DNA from: a virus
Lineage: Duplodnaviria; Caudoviricetes
Strand: one strand, 5' to 3'
Length of the DNA: 50,769 nucleotides
Virus record (IMG/VR): IMGVR_UViG_3300011425_000005
Coordinates: 1-50,769 of that record
The position numbers and the translations under genes were made by a program. The notes beneath the pieces are model-generated. The model saw only the letters and a program-made list of their open reading frames with translations. It searched no databases and had not been told where the DNA came from. Position 1 is the first letter of the stretch. Each line of letters starts with the position of its first letter. Below, piece after piece: positions 29,454 to 37,305 of this stretch.

Positions 29454-30316
29454 GCTGCTTCCTCCTCTGCAAAGAATTCTTTTGCAGCATCAGTCATCTC
29501 AACATCAGAAGTGGTATTTTTATTTTTCTGTATCTCAATCTCTAATAACTTTCCCTCAAGCTTATGAATTACTCTTTCCCATTGTGATATAGACATTTGA
29601 TCAAGAGAATCAATTTTTAAGTAATCGCATGTTATTTTTAAGTTAGCTCCAACCTCTTTTGCTAAAGTAACCAATTCCATTATTTGGTCATCGCTTACTA
29701 GATCATTTCCTTTATCTTCATTTTCAATAGTAATCCCCTCTACTTTCTTGCAATTTTCTATTTTCCCATAATTGATTTGTTTGGTTGGATAATCCTCGGC
29801 CTCTTCTTTTATTATTATTCCCCTTAATAAATCCGAGAATTTATCTCTTAGACCAAAACCTCTAGCCCTCATCTGAAGCATCCTTTCTTGGTAATTAGTC
29901 CATGGCCCAGCCTTTCCCCATAAGTTTGCTTTTATAGCCTTTTCTTTACTAAAAGTGACAGTATGTTCAGGTTCATTTCTTCTCTTTACAGTACATGTTG
30001 CTGTCATTGTTTTAGAGTCAAAATCTTCTTTCATATATTCGAAGTCAGGAGATTGCTGACATACAGCAAGCATTGCATCTCCCCAAATACTTGGCCTTCC
30101 ATTAATTACCGCTATGTTTTGTATTGATGCCATAGGTTTTAATCCAAGTTCCTGTCCAAACTGAAGACAAACTAAAACATCACCAGGTTTACCTTTCATA
30201 TTCGTAGGGCAAAAACTACTTGCAGCAATAATCTCGCTAACCCTTATAGCATTTTCTAAGGTTGTGCACTCCATAAAACCTTGATTTCTTTCTGAAACTA
30301 TTAAATCTGTACTCAT
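29450..30316 (-). CDS. recT: RecT-family single-strand annealing protein
   Basis: GQELGLKPM.SIQNIAVINGRPSIWGDAMLA; GPWTNYQERMLQMRARGFGLRD.F.D.L.G. Confidence 0.85.
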   Translation of the reverse strand: MSTDLIVSERNQGFMECTTLENAIRVSEIIAASSFCPTNMKGKPGDVLVCLQFGQELGLKPMASIQNIAVINGRPSIWGDAMLAVCQQSPDFEYMKEDFDSKTMTATCTVKRRNEPEHTVTFSKEKAIKANLWGKAGPWTNYQERMLQMRARGFGLRDKFSDLLRGIIIKEEAEDYPTKQINYGKIENCKKVEGITIENEDKGNDLVSDDQIMELVTLAKEVGANLKITCDYLKIDSLDQMSISQWERVIHKLEGKLLEIEIQKNKNTTSDVEMTDAAKEFFAEEEAA

Positions 30317-30336
30317 TTTTCCTATCTCCTTTGATT

Positions 30337-30633
30337 TTAAATCTTTAAAAAATTGATTAAACTATTTAATGCTGATTTATCCTCAGGCACTACAGTTTTT
30401 AATGTTGATAATGCGGATGACCTAAGTGATGAAAGAACTGTCATTTCAACCTCAAAATCATCCTCATCAACCCATGCGCCTTCATACAATAGATTCTCAA
30501 TTGACTCCATAGCTTTGTTTCTTACAAATTCAGATATGTTTTTGTTTTTTTGAACAATTCTTATACCATCGTATGCTATATGAGAAACTATATTCCTGTA
30601 TGTTGCCTTTGATTGAGAATTTATTGCTATCAT
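30337..30633 (-). CDS. Hypothetical protein
   Basis: Likely start MIAINSQ (30633) with GGAGG SD. Confidence 0.6.
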   Translation of the reverse strand: MIAINSQSKATYRNIVSHIAYDGIRIVQKNKNISEFVRNKAMESIENLLYEGAWVDEDDFEVEMTVLSSLRSSALSTLKTVVPEDKSALNSLINFLKI

Positions 30634-30866
30634 TTTATCCTCCTTAAATAAGGGGTAACCTGGCTTTCTTCTAAATCGGCAGCAAGTATGCTTTTCTTTA
30701 GCGATTTGCAAAAATTTTCTATGTTATTTTCCCAGTTATCTTTTGACCCACTTCTTATTACTTTATTAATGGCAACACCAAGTGCGAACAAAGCATCTAC
30801 TGCTATCTCACCATCAATTGCCTTAAGAACCTTCATTTCAAGCTCACCTACAGATTTTTCGCTCAT
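30630..30866 (-). CDS. Small helical protein, paralog family A
   Basis: Pattern shared with 32635, 33033 and 33587. Confidence 0.55.
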   Translation of the reverse strand: MSEKSVGELEMKVLKAIDGEIAVDALFALGVAINKVIRSGSKDNWENNIENFCKSLKKSILAADLEESQVTPYLRRIK

Positions 30867-31057
30867 GCGGCCTCTCCTTTATACCATACGATATCGCCTG
30901 TTTTTGAATAAATTGGAGGGATAAAATCCTCTCCATTCATCTCAAAATGAATCTTATCTGTTACAAGAAGTCTATTTGCGCCATATCTATGGTACTTATC
31001 ATAGAATTCATTTTGACCCTTACAATCTGTTACATACTTTTTGTTTACCATGCTCAT
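30863..31057 (-). CDS. Hypothetical protein
   Basis: First gene after the leftward promoter; GGAG SD. Confidence 0.6.
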   Translation of the reverse strand: MSMVNKKYVTDCKGQNEFYDKYHRYGANRLLVTDKIHFEMNGEDFIPPIYSKTGDIVWYKGEAA

Positions 31058-31094
31058 TTCTTGTCTCCCATTTGAAATTTACCCTAGTGTTTAA

Positions 31095-31134
31095 AATATA
31101 CATCACTGTAAATCATTTGTCAACTATTTGTAAA
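31095..31134 (-). promoter_or_regulatory. Leftward early promoter with triple 11-bp-period repeat
   Basis: TTGACA(31123-18)-17-TATATT; TGT(A/C)AA at 31107, 31118 and 31129. Confidence 0.75.
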
Positions 31135-31280
31135 ACATTTTATTCTGTGTTATAATCTGTTTTGAAGGTTGATAAGAGGGATGCGCAGAGAATGGATGTA
31201 ACTGTAGGTGATATAATTTCGTTAACGTTTACATTTATATTGTTGTTAGTATTATTTATTTTAGAGAGTGGGAGATTTAA

Positions 31281-31454
31281 ATGATTGAATTTAAAGAGCA
31301 ATATCCAAAGCTTCCTAATAGTGATCAATGGGGAGCAGCTTTGTCAAGCGTAGTAGACTTCATGGGAACTCTGCAGTTGGTTGTTAAGAAGATTGACTCC
31401 AGAGTTGCTAACCTAGAATCAAATAGAACTGAAAGCAAACGGGAGGCATCATGA
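31281..31454 (+). CDS. Small hypothetical protein (57 aa)
   Basis: GGGAG SD, MIEFKEQYPK..., ATGA overlap with 31451. Confidence 0.55.
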   Translation: MIEFKEQYPKLPNSDQWGAALSSVVDFMGTLQLVVKKIDSRVANLESNRTESKREAS

Positions 31455-32431
31455 CCTTTTTATTTGTATATACAGTCTTGATGGCAGTCCTTAGCATTAT
31501 TAATGGGGTTTTTACGTACAAGATTTTTAAACAACTAGAAATAGGAGATAATATGGGTAAGAATAAGAAGGCTTCGTTTGGAATATCTAAGCGAGGTGCT
31601 GATAAGCTTTTTGATAATATTTTCAGAAAAGATCAAATAACCATTAAAGATGATGGCGATAATCTTGTCGTTAAAGAAGAGTTTGACGGCTCATTCTTAA
31701 ATCCTTTCGCGGATAGAGAGCTCTCTTATTTGACTACTCCTCAGCAGTTTAAAGTTGGTCCTGTTGAAATATTGCCAAAACCAGGAGAAGGTTTGTCGTA
31801 TGTTTTTGATAAAGATATTAATCATAATATTGTTCATAATGAGGAATCAAAACCGAGTCAAGAAAATCATACAAATGGGGGTAATGTTAATATTCCAATC
31901 ATAACGAATGACGAGGAAATGCCTGAAGATGAATCAAGCATTTTAAGTAGACTTCTTTACCTATCAGCCTTTCTTAATGAGCAACATAAGGTTTCATCAT
32001 ATCTAAGTCCAGAGGAATTTGAGAATATGAAGTGGGAAACAATAAATGAGACCTATTGCTTGATAACTGTTGACTTACCAAGAAAACAGGCCGAACTTAT
32101 TAGGAAGTATTTTAGAAGGCTTGATACAACCTATGTTAAACAAGATGGTACATATTATTCTAAGGTCACTAAAGGGAATGTGGCAGAAGAAGTTATAAAG
32201 GAACTCATTGAGGTTTACCCTTGGAATGACTCAAATGAAGACAAGGTTAGGGTTAACTGGGATGATTTTAGAAAGATTAATACCAATCAAATAAATACAG
32301 TCACTAGTGAGAATAATCCAGTATTTCCACCAGAGAATGTCGATAGTGCATATGGAGAAAAGCTCAAGTATGCAATAGGAAATCTCTCGAAGTCGGTTGA
32401 AAAGCTTAATGAGATTCTTTCAGGTAAATAG
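31451..32431 (+). CDS. Hypothetical protein (N-terminal TM; alternative start 31553)
   Basis: 326-aa ORF; internal AGGAG SD before MGKNKK. Confidence 0.65.
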   Translation: MTFLFVYTVLMAVLSIINGVFTYKIFKQLEIGDNMGKNKKASFGISKRGADKLFDNIFRKDQITIKDDGDNLVVKEEFDGSFLNPFADRELSYLTTPQQFKVGPVEILPKPGEGLSYVFDKDINHNIVHNEESKPSQENHTNGGNVNIPIITNDEEMPEDESSILSRLLYLSAFLNEQHKVSSYLSPEEFENMKWETINETYCLITVDLPRKQAELIRKYFRRLDTTYVKQDGTYYSKVTKGNVAEEVIKELIEVYPWNDSNEDKVRVNWDDFRKINTNQINTVTSENNPVFPPENVDSAYGEKLKYAIGNLSKSVEKLNEILSGK

Positions 32432-32439
32432 GAGATAAT

Positions 32440-32625
32440 ATGATTGATAAGATTGATATTAGAGCAATGAAATTCTTGCTCAGAACTTCTGACCAGCAAT
32501 TAGCTTCTGATGTGAGTGGAAATGATGTTTTTACTGATGAAGAATCTGAAAAGATCTTAGGAAGAAAGGTGTGGTTCCCCTCTTTGAATTGGCGAGAAAT
32601 TAAGCTTAAACTAACGGGAAAATAG
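32440..32625 (+). CDS. Hypothetical protein
   Basis: AGGAG SD. Confidence 0.55.
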   Translation: MIDKIDIRAMKFLLRTSDQQLASDVSGNDVFTDEESEKILGRKVWFPSLNWREIKLKLTGK

Positions 32626-32634
32626 GAGAAAAAA

Positions 32635-32886
32635 ATGATTGATCATGCTCACAATGAAAAAATTAATACAATTTCTAGTAAGGTTATTGATGTTTTAAAA
32701 CCTTATTATCCTAGTGATAGCTTTAATGCTTTGTCTAATGTTTTATCTGCTATTCTGGCAGCTTATTGCATTGACGAGAATGTTGATCTTGAACCTTTAT
32801 TGAAAGACCTTTTTAGTGACATCAGAAATATTACTGATATCCACATTAAGGCTATTAATAATAGACAAATAAAGGTAGAAATATGA
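32635..32886 (+). CDS. Small helical protein, paralog family A
   Basis: NALSNVLSAILAAYC; AGGAG SD. Confidence 0.6.
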   Translation: MIDHAHNEKINTISSKVIDVLKPYYPSDSFNALSNVLSAILAAYCIDENVDLEPLLKDLFSDIRNITDIHIKAINNRQIKVEI

Positions 32887-33032
32887 CCTCTATTGACGAG
32901 GAGGCAATGATTCATTGGTGTAGAAGAAGATTTTATGAATATATCAAGGAAGTATTATCTACTTCAACAACTAATTATGAGTTTGATTTATGGTTGTTTT
33001 GGCAAACGCGCGAAAGTAATAAGGAGATTTAG

Positions 33033-33260
33033 ATGGAAAATGAAGAAGGGTCAAAAAATATTTATTCTGACATTAGAAATGTAGTTAATAGAAAAAATGG
33101 TAATGAAGTTTGTGATGCGCTTATAAGTGTTCTGGCTGATGTAATTATTTTATATTGTGATGCACAAGGGGATCGTTACGATGTTGACAGTGTGGTAGAT
33201 TACATTAGTAACCATATTAAGGAGGTTATTATATTTAAGCGCGAACTTAAGGAGGTTTAA
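33033..33260 (+). CDS. Small helical protein, paralog family A
   Basis: IYSDIRNVV...DALISVLADVIILY...VDYI..HIKE. Confidence 0.65.
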   Translation: MENEEGSKNIYSDIRNVVNRKNGNEVCDALISVLADVIILYCDAQGDRYDVDSVVDYISNHIKEVIIFKRELKEV

Positions 33261-33586
33261 GTAAGCATTTTGTCCCATTTTGTTTTCTTTTTTATGGAGT
33301 TTATATGGAATTTATTTTAGAGATTTTAACTTTTACTATTAAGTTTTTTTGTTATACATCTTCTATGGTTATTGTTGGGTTTGCTATTCTAGCTTTAGTG
33401 GGGGTGATATAGATGTGGTTTTTAAATTTTTTTTTAGAAAATATGAATTTTTGGATATTGATGTTTTTCATAATTTCAATAAAATCTGATCTTATGGATA
33501 TTAAGTCTTCTATACGTTGCGGTCGTATAGATCTCTTAGAGATCGATGGCAGGCTAAGACGTATTGAGGGTAAATAGGAGATTTGA

Positions 33587-33811
33587 ATGGAAGATAATGA
33601 TTTTAAGATTGAAGAAATTTATTGTAATATCAGAAATATAGTTTCTGGAGAGCCTTATAGCCCTGCTGTTAACGCTCTTGTAAATGCTCTATCGGATATA
33701 ATAATTTTATATCTCGAAGAATCTGATGTTGGCGCTGGTATTAATATAATGGTAGATTCAGTTTGTAAGCACATTAAGGAATGCGTTAAGTTTAAAATTG
33801 AGGAGATTTAA
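33587..33811 (+). CDS. Small helical protein, paralog family A
   Basis: IYCNIRNIV...NALVNALSDIIILY...VDSV..HIKE. Confidence 0.65.
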   Translation: MEDNDFKIEEIYCNIRNIVSGEPYSPAVNALVNALSDIIILYLEESDVGAGINIMVDSVCKHIKECVKFKIEEI

Positions 33812-33998
33812 ATGAATAATTTTCCGATAGTCGTGATGCTAATTCTTGTCATTTATTGGCTTATAAGGATTTCTCATGTTTTGGAGGGCGTAGCATGTTC
33901 ACTTGGATAAAAAGCAAGATAAGCAATATCAATATGGACAATACAATCCATATGCTAATAGTCAATATGGTCAACAAAGTCAATATGACTTCAGATAA
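33812..33998 (+). pseudogene. Small membrane-protein gene apparently split by a +1 frameshift (Q/Y/N-rich tail)
   Basis: TM ORF stops at 33910; the +1 frame reads DKKQDKQYQYGQYNPYANSQYGQQSQYDFR* to 33998. Confidence 0.35.
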
Positions 33999-34024
33999 AA
34001 CACTTGGGTTAAAGGAGATATAAC

Positions 34025-34366
34025 ATGATTAAGTGGATGTATGTAAAGTTTAAGGCTAAGATGAAGGCTAATGAATCTACACCCCTACTAAAACCAATGG
34101 AGGAAAAAATGGAGAAAGATGAATGCTTTGCAGGTTTAATTCAAGATGCAAAGAGTATGCTTGAGACAATGAGGAATCTTGAGAAGCTCAATGCACATCT
34201 CGATTTAGAAGACTCAAATAAAGGAGATGCTCTTATAAAAAGAACTCTCGCAGTTTTAGAGCATCGTAAGAATAAAGAATTAGAAGATGTTCTTTCTGAA
34301 ATGATTCGAGTTTTCGACAACATAAGGTTTAAGGAAAGTGCGGTAATTATATCTATCTGTAGGTAG
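34025..34366 (+). CDS. Hypothetical protein
   Basis: AAGGAG SD; ESTPLL motif; helical. Confidence 0.6.
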   Translation: MIKWMYVKFKAKMKANESTPLLKPMEEKMEKDECFAGLIQDAKSMLETMRNLEKLNAHLDLEDSNKGDALIKRTLAVLEHRKNKELEDVLSEMIRVFDNIRFKESAVIISICR

Positions 34367-34413
34367 TTTACTTTTACAGAATATGTGTTATATTGTATTA
34401 AAGGAGATAGCTA

Positions 34414-34758
34414 ATGATTAACATTTTAGATGAGTTAAAAGACATTAATGTTGGAGAAGATGAATTAATTCAGGATAGGCTTACTCCTGAGCAAATAGAA
34501 TTAGAGAAGAGAGAATTTAAGGATTCTTTACGTAAGAGAGATATGGATAGGCTTAAGAAGCGTGTAATATGTGTTTCTAATCAAGAGTGTTCGCAAAGAT
34601 TAAATGGGAAGACTCATTATGTATCAAGCGTATATTTCTCTCCATCAATTAGAGATGCATTTCCATATCATCAAGCTCAGATTCACTGTGAATTTTGTGG
34701 GCAGGTTGATTTCGTGTTTATTGAAAAGAATCTGCAAGAAGGTCGAATAAGTGAATGA
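34414..34758 (+). CDS. Hypothetical Zn-ribbon protein
   Basis: CVSNQEC and CEFC; AAGGAG SD. Confidence 0.6.
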   Translation: MINILDELKDINVGEDELIQDRLTPEQIELEKREFKDSLRKRDMDRLKKRVICVSNQECSQRLNGKTHYVSSVYFSPSIRDAFPYHQAQIHCEFCGQVDFVFIEKNLQEGRISE

Positions 34759-34850
34759 GTTTTTAATGTTTGTAATGGGGTTAGTAATTGGGTTCTGTAT
34801 TGCTCTTAAATTACTAAATGATGATGACTGTGTATAAGAGGAGAAATGAC

Positions 34851-35060
34851 ATGAAGGATTATGGTATTGATGTATTTGCACAATGTATAGGGGGAAAGGT
34901 CGTATTTGTAAGGAAGCCTTTAGTATTTAAGGATGACAAGAAGCCATTTGTTAGTAGAGAGAAAGTTCTACGTGGAACACATGGATTTAATGATAAGCCT
35001 TATATGGCTCCTGTGATAACGATACAGGAATGCAGGAAGTCAGCAAATAGATCCGTATGA
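34851..35060 (+). CDS. Hypothetical protein
   Basis: GAGGAG SD before MKDYG. Confidence 0.5.
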   Translation: MKDYGIDVFAQCIGGKVVFVRKPLVFKDDKKPFVSREKVLRGTHGFNDKPYMAPVITIQECRKSANRSV

Positions 35061-35073
35061 GGAGTTGATTGTC

Positions 35074-35376
35074 ATGAAAAGCAATGTATTTGATATAAGG
35101 ACTAAAGAGAGAGTTGCCGTTGATGTTCCCAGAAATACTCTTCCTGGTGGAATCTTTATGTCATTGAATAACCTTATTGCGAGTATGGAAATAGATGGTC
35201 CTCGTTGTTATCTAATAGGTGCTCTGAAAGAATATGCCCAACATCTGAGAGTTCCTTCCGATGACCTAAGAACATTGGTTTTTGTCTTTGACAGTAGAAA
35301 TTCTAGGTCTTTCCTAATTAAGGATTTAGCGGAGAAGGCAGATGTTATATTTGCGGACCAAGTAATGTTTGAATAA
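35074..35376 (+). CDS. Hypothetical protein
   Basis: GAGGAG SD, ~100 aa. Confidence 0.55.
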   Translation: MKSNVFDIRTKERVAVDVPRNTLPGGIFMSLNNLIASMEIDGPRCYLIGALKEYAQHLRVPSDDLRTLVFVFDSRNSRSFLIKDLAEKADVIFADQVMFE

Positions 35377-35421
35377 TTTCAGTTATAATAAGGCTTTTGA
35401 ATATATTTATGGAGAAATCAT

Positions 35422-35859
35422 ATGAAACTTAAGTTAGCGGCCTTATTAATGTTCTCACATGCAGCAAATGCACTTACGATAGATAAAACAAATTATAAAA
35501 AGCATTTATGTGATGAGAGAATTTTTACACCCGTTACATCTATCCCTATTATTTCAGAAGCCATCCCTGCATACGTTGCAGAAGGAATGGAAAATATTGT
35601 GAAAGACGATTATCGGCGCTATTGCGATATGAGATTCTATTACGAGGAAGCACTGGAAAATGAAAGGGCTGGAAGCTGGAGATCCCATAAGCCATGTGGT
35701 GGAAATCCAAAAGATGTTATAACGCCTGCAGCTTGCATGGAAAAAGAAGGTATTTATTATGCACAGGCTTGTGAAAAGCTAAAGCAGGATAGGGATACTC
35801 TTCCAAACTCTTGGAATTCTGTAATCCCAAAGTTTGTAGCATGTAATAACATGCGATAA
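35422..35859 (+). CDS. Secreted Cys-rich protein
   Basis: Sec signal MKLKLAALLMFSHAANA; six Cys in the mature part. Confidence 0.7.
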   Translation: MKLKLAALLMFSHAANALTIDKTNYKKHLCDERIFTPVTSIPIISEAIPAYVAEGMENIVKDDYRRYCDMRFYYEEALENERAGSWRSHKPCGGNPKDVITPAACMEKEGIYYAQACEKLKQDRDTLPNSWNSVIPKFVACNNMR

Positions 35860-35964
35860 TACATGTTTAAACTTCCAGAAATTATTATGGCAATATTATT
35901 TTTCTTGATAATGTTTGGATGTATGTATATCTTTTATTTATTGGAACAGTCGAGCTGATAATGG

Positions 35965-35993
35965 TTGACATTTGTTTTACATTAAATTAATAT
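35965..35993 (+). promoter_or_regulatory. Sigma70 promoter of the tRNA-like RNA cluster
   Basis: TTGACA-17-TAATAT; TTTACA 11 bp after TTGACA, as in the other early promoters. Confidence 0.7.
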
Positions 35994-36002
35994 GTGAGTT
36001 AA

Positions 36003-36078
36003 GGGGCGTACGATATTGGGATGTAGTGTGGGTTTGAATGAATGCTATGCTTTCGGTTCGATTCCGAAGCGATCCACC
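36003..36078 (+). ncRNA. tRNA-like RNA A (degenerate, T-arm intact)
   Basis: GGGGCGT/GCGATCC-A-CC acceptor; TTCGG-TTCGATT-CCGAA T-arm; D and anticodon arms do not pair well. Confidence 0.55.
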
Positions 36079-36086
36079 TTTTTTAT

Positions 36087-36229
36087 GCAATGGCGTCGTT
36101 GACAGTGAAACGATATAGTGTCGAAAAATCGACAGGGGCGTTTAGTGACCCACAAACCCCCAACTCTAGTGCTTAGCATAGGGTGTGCGGAAGAGTCGCG
36201 AGTAGGTGCAATTCCTACCCATTGCATCA
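36087..36229 (+). ncRNA. tRNA-like RNA B with expanded multi-hairpin core (~143 nt)
   Basis: GCAATGG/CCATTGC-A-TCA acceptor, GTCGTT/AACGAT D-like arm, GTAGG-TGCAATT-CCTAC T-arm, four internal hairpins. Confidence 0.7.
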
Positions 36230-36247
36230 ATTGTTTTTATGAATTAT

Positions 36248-36458
36248 GCGAGGGGCCATCTGGTGATGGTGTTATGACATCAATTCCTGAAGGTTAACAG
36301 GAGTGAAATACTAGCGCCGTATGATCTCTGAAGGTTAACAGGGGATTGGCATTGTAACAATGACTGATAAGTTGATGCTTAATGGCTGTGACATGGCCAG
36401 ACACTTTAAGATATCACTGCTAATCACGATATCTGGTTCGATTCCAGCCTGAGCACCA
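36248..36458 (+). ncRNA. tRNA-like RNA C (~210 nt) with duplicated hairpin and CCA end
   Basis: CTGG-TTCGATT-CCAG T-arm, 3' GAGC-A-CCA; two CTGAAGGTTAACAGG hairpins inside a CATCAATT/AGTTGATG stem; 5' boundary uncertain. Confidence 0.6.
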
Positions 36459-36479
36459 TTTTATTTAAAGGAGAAATAA

Positions 36480-36761
36480 ATGGAAAAAGTTATTATACAT
36501 ATAATTGCTATTTTGTTAGCGGCTTTGATTGTTAGTGCTTTATCTTTTGTTATATTAGTTCCTCTTAACTATATAGAGGTTGCAGTTCAGCCAAATGTAG
36601 AAGTCTTTGTAGACAAAGAGATTGTGTACAAAGGAACTAATGCATGCGTAAGTGTTAAATCGAGTGGAGATACTACTACAGTCAAAACTAAAAGGTTTTA
36701 TTGCATCTTACCGCATAAGACATATACGTCAAAGGACGTTGTTATTAGGACAGTTGAGTGA
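36480..36761 (+). CDS. Membrane-anchored hypothetical protein
   Basis: N-terminal TM, two Cys, AAGGAG SD. Confidence 0.65.
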   Translation: MEKVIIHIIAILLAALIVSALSFVILVPLNYIEVAVQPNVEVFVDKEIVYKGTNACVSVKSSGDTTTVKTKRFYCILPHKTYTSKDVVIRTVE

Positions 36762-36772
36762 GGGTTAATAAT

Positions 36773-36934
36773 ATGAAAATAGTTGGAGAGCATAATCACC
36801 AGATTGCATTAAATGAATACGAGAAAGAGGTTCTAAGGAGGCTTTACAAAATTGAAAAAGAGCAAGCTAGAATTAATACTATTCTTTTTGATTACCGCAA
36901 GCTTCAAGAAATTTTAAAGGAGCATGTGAAATGA
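36773..36934 (+). CDS. Small coiled-coil protein (53 aa)
   Basis: GAGG SD; ATGA overlap with 36931. Confidence 0.5.
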   Translation: MKIVGEHNHQIALNEYEKEVLRRLYKIEKEQARINTILFDYRKLQEILKEHVK

Positions 36935-37305
36935 TTTATGTTTTAATTGTTGCTCTTATGCTGACTTTAGGAATGGCATATTATATTTTTGAGTGTCATT
37001 TGGATATTTCATTATATAAAGGTAGGTCAGATTTTTATAATATGATGTATCATCATGCGAATGACGGATATATGGAATCACTAGACAAAATAATATCTCT
37101 TGAAAAAGAACTTGTTGAAACCAGAATATTAAACATACAAATAGACAAGAATGAGAAAGCAACAAATAATGAAGGCTTTGTGGCTTCTATGGAGCTTGCA
37201 GAAGATCCAAATGACAAATTTGTTGAGTGTAAGTTTAGAACATGCGGGCCAAGCATTCATATTAGTTCAGTTCCAGACTTGATTAAGGAGGACGAAGATG
37301 GATAA
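36931..37305 (+). CDS. Membrane-anchored hypothetical protein
   Basis: N-terminal TM, AAGGAG SD. Confidence 0.6.
   Translation: MIYVLIVALMLTLGMAYYIFECHLDISLYKGRSDFYNMMYHHANDGYMESLDKIISLEKELVETRILNIQIDKNEKATNNEGFVASMELAEDPNDKFVECKFRTCGPSIHISSVPDLIKEDEDG

Noticed and set aside
36045-36230. 61-aa minus-strand ORF
   Set aside because: Antisense to structured RNAs, no SD, against local gene direction
36003-36458. tmRNA (one- or two-piece)
   Set aside because: GGGGC starts and CCA ends are suggestive, but there are three separate T-arms, no tag ORF ending in ..AA*, and the 3' end at 36458 lacks G3-U70 pairing
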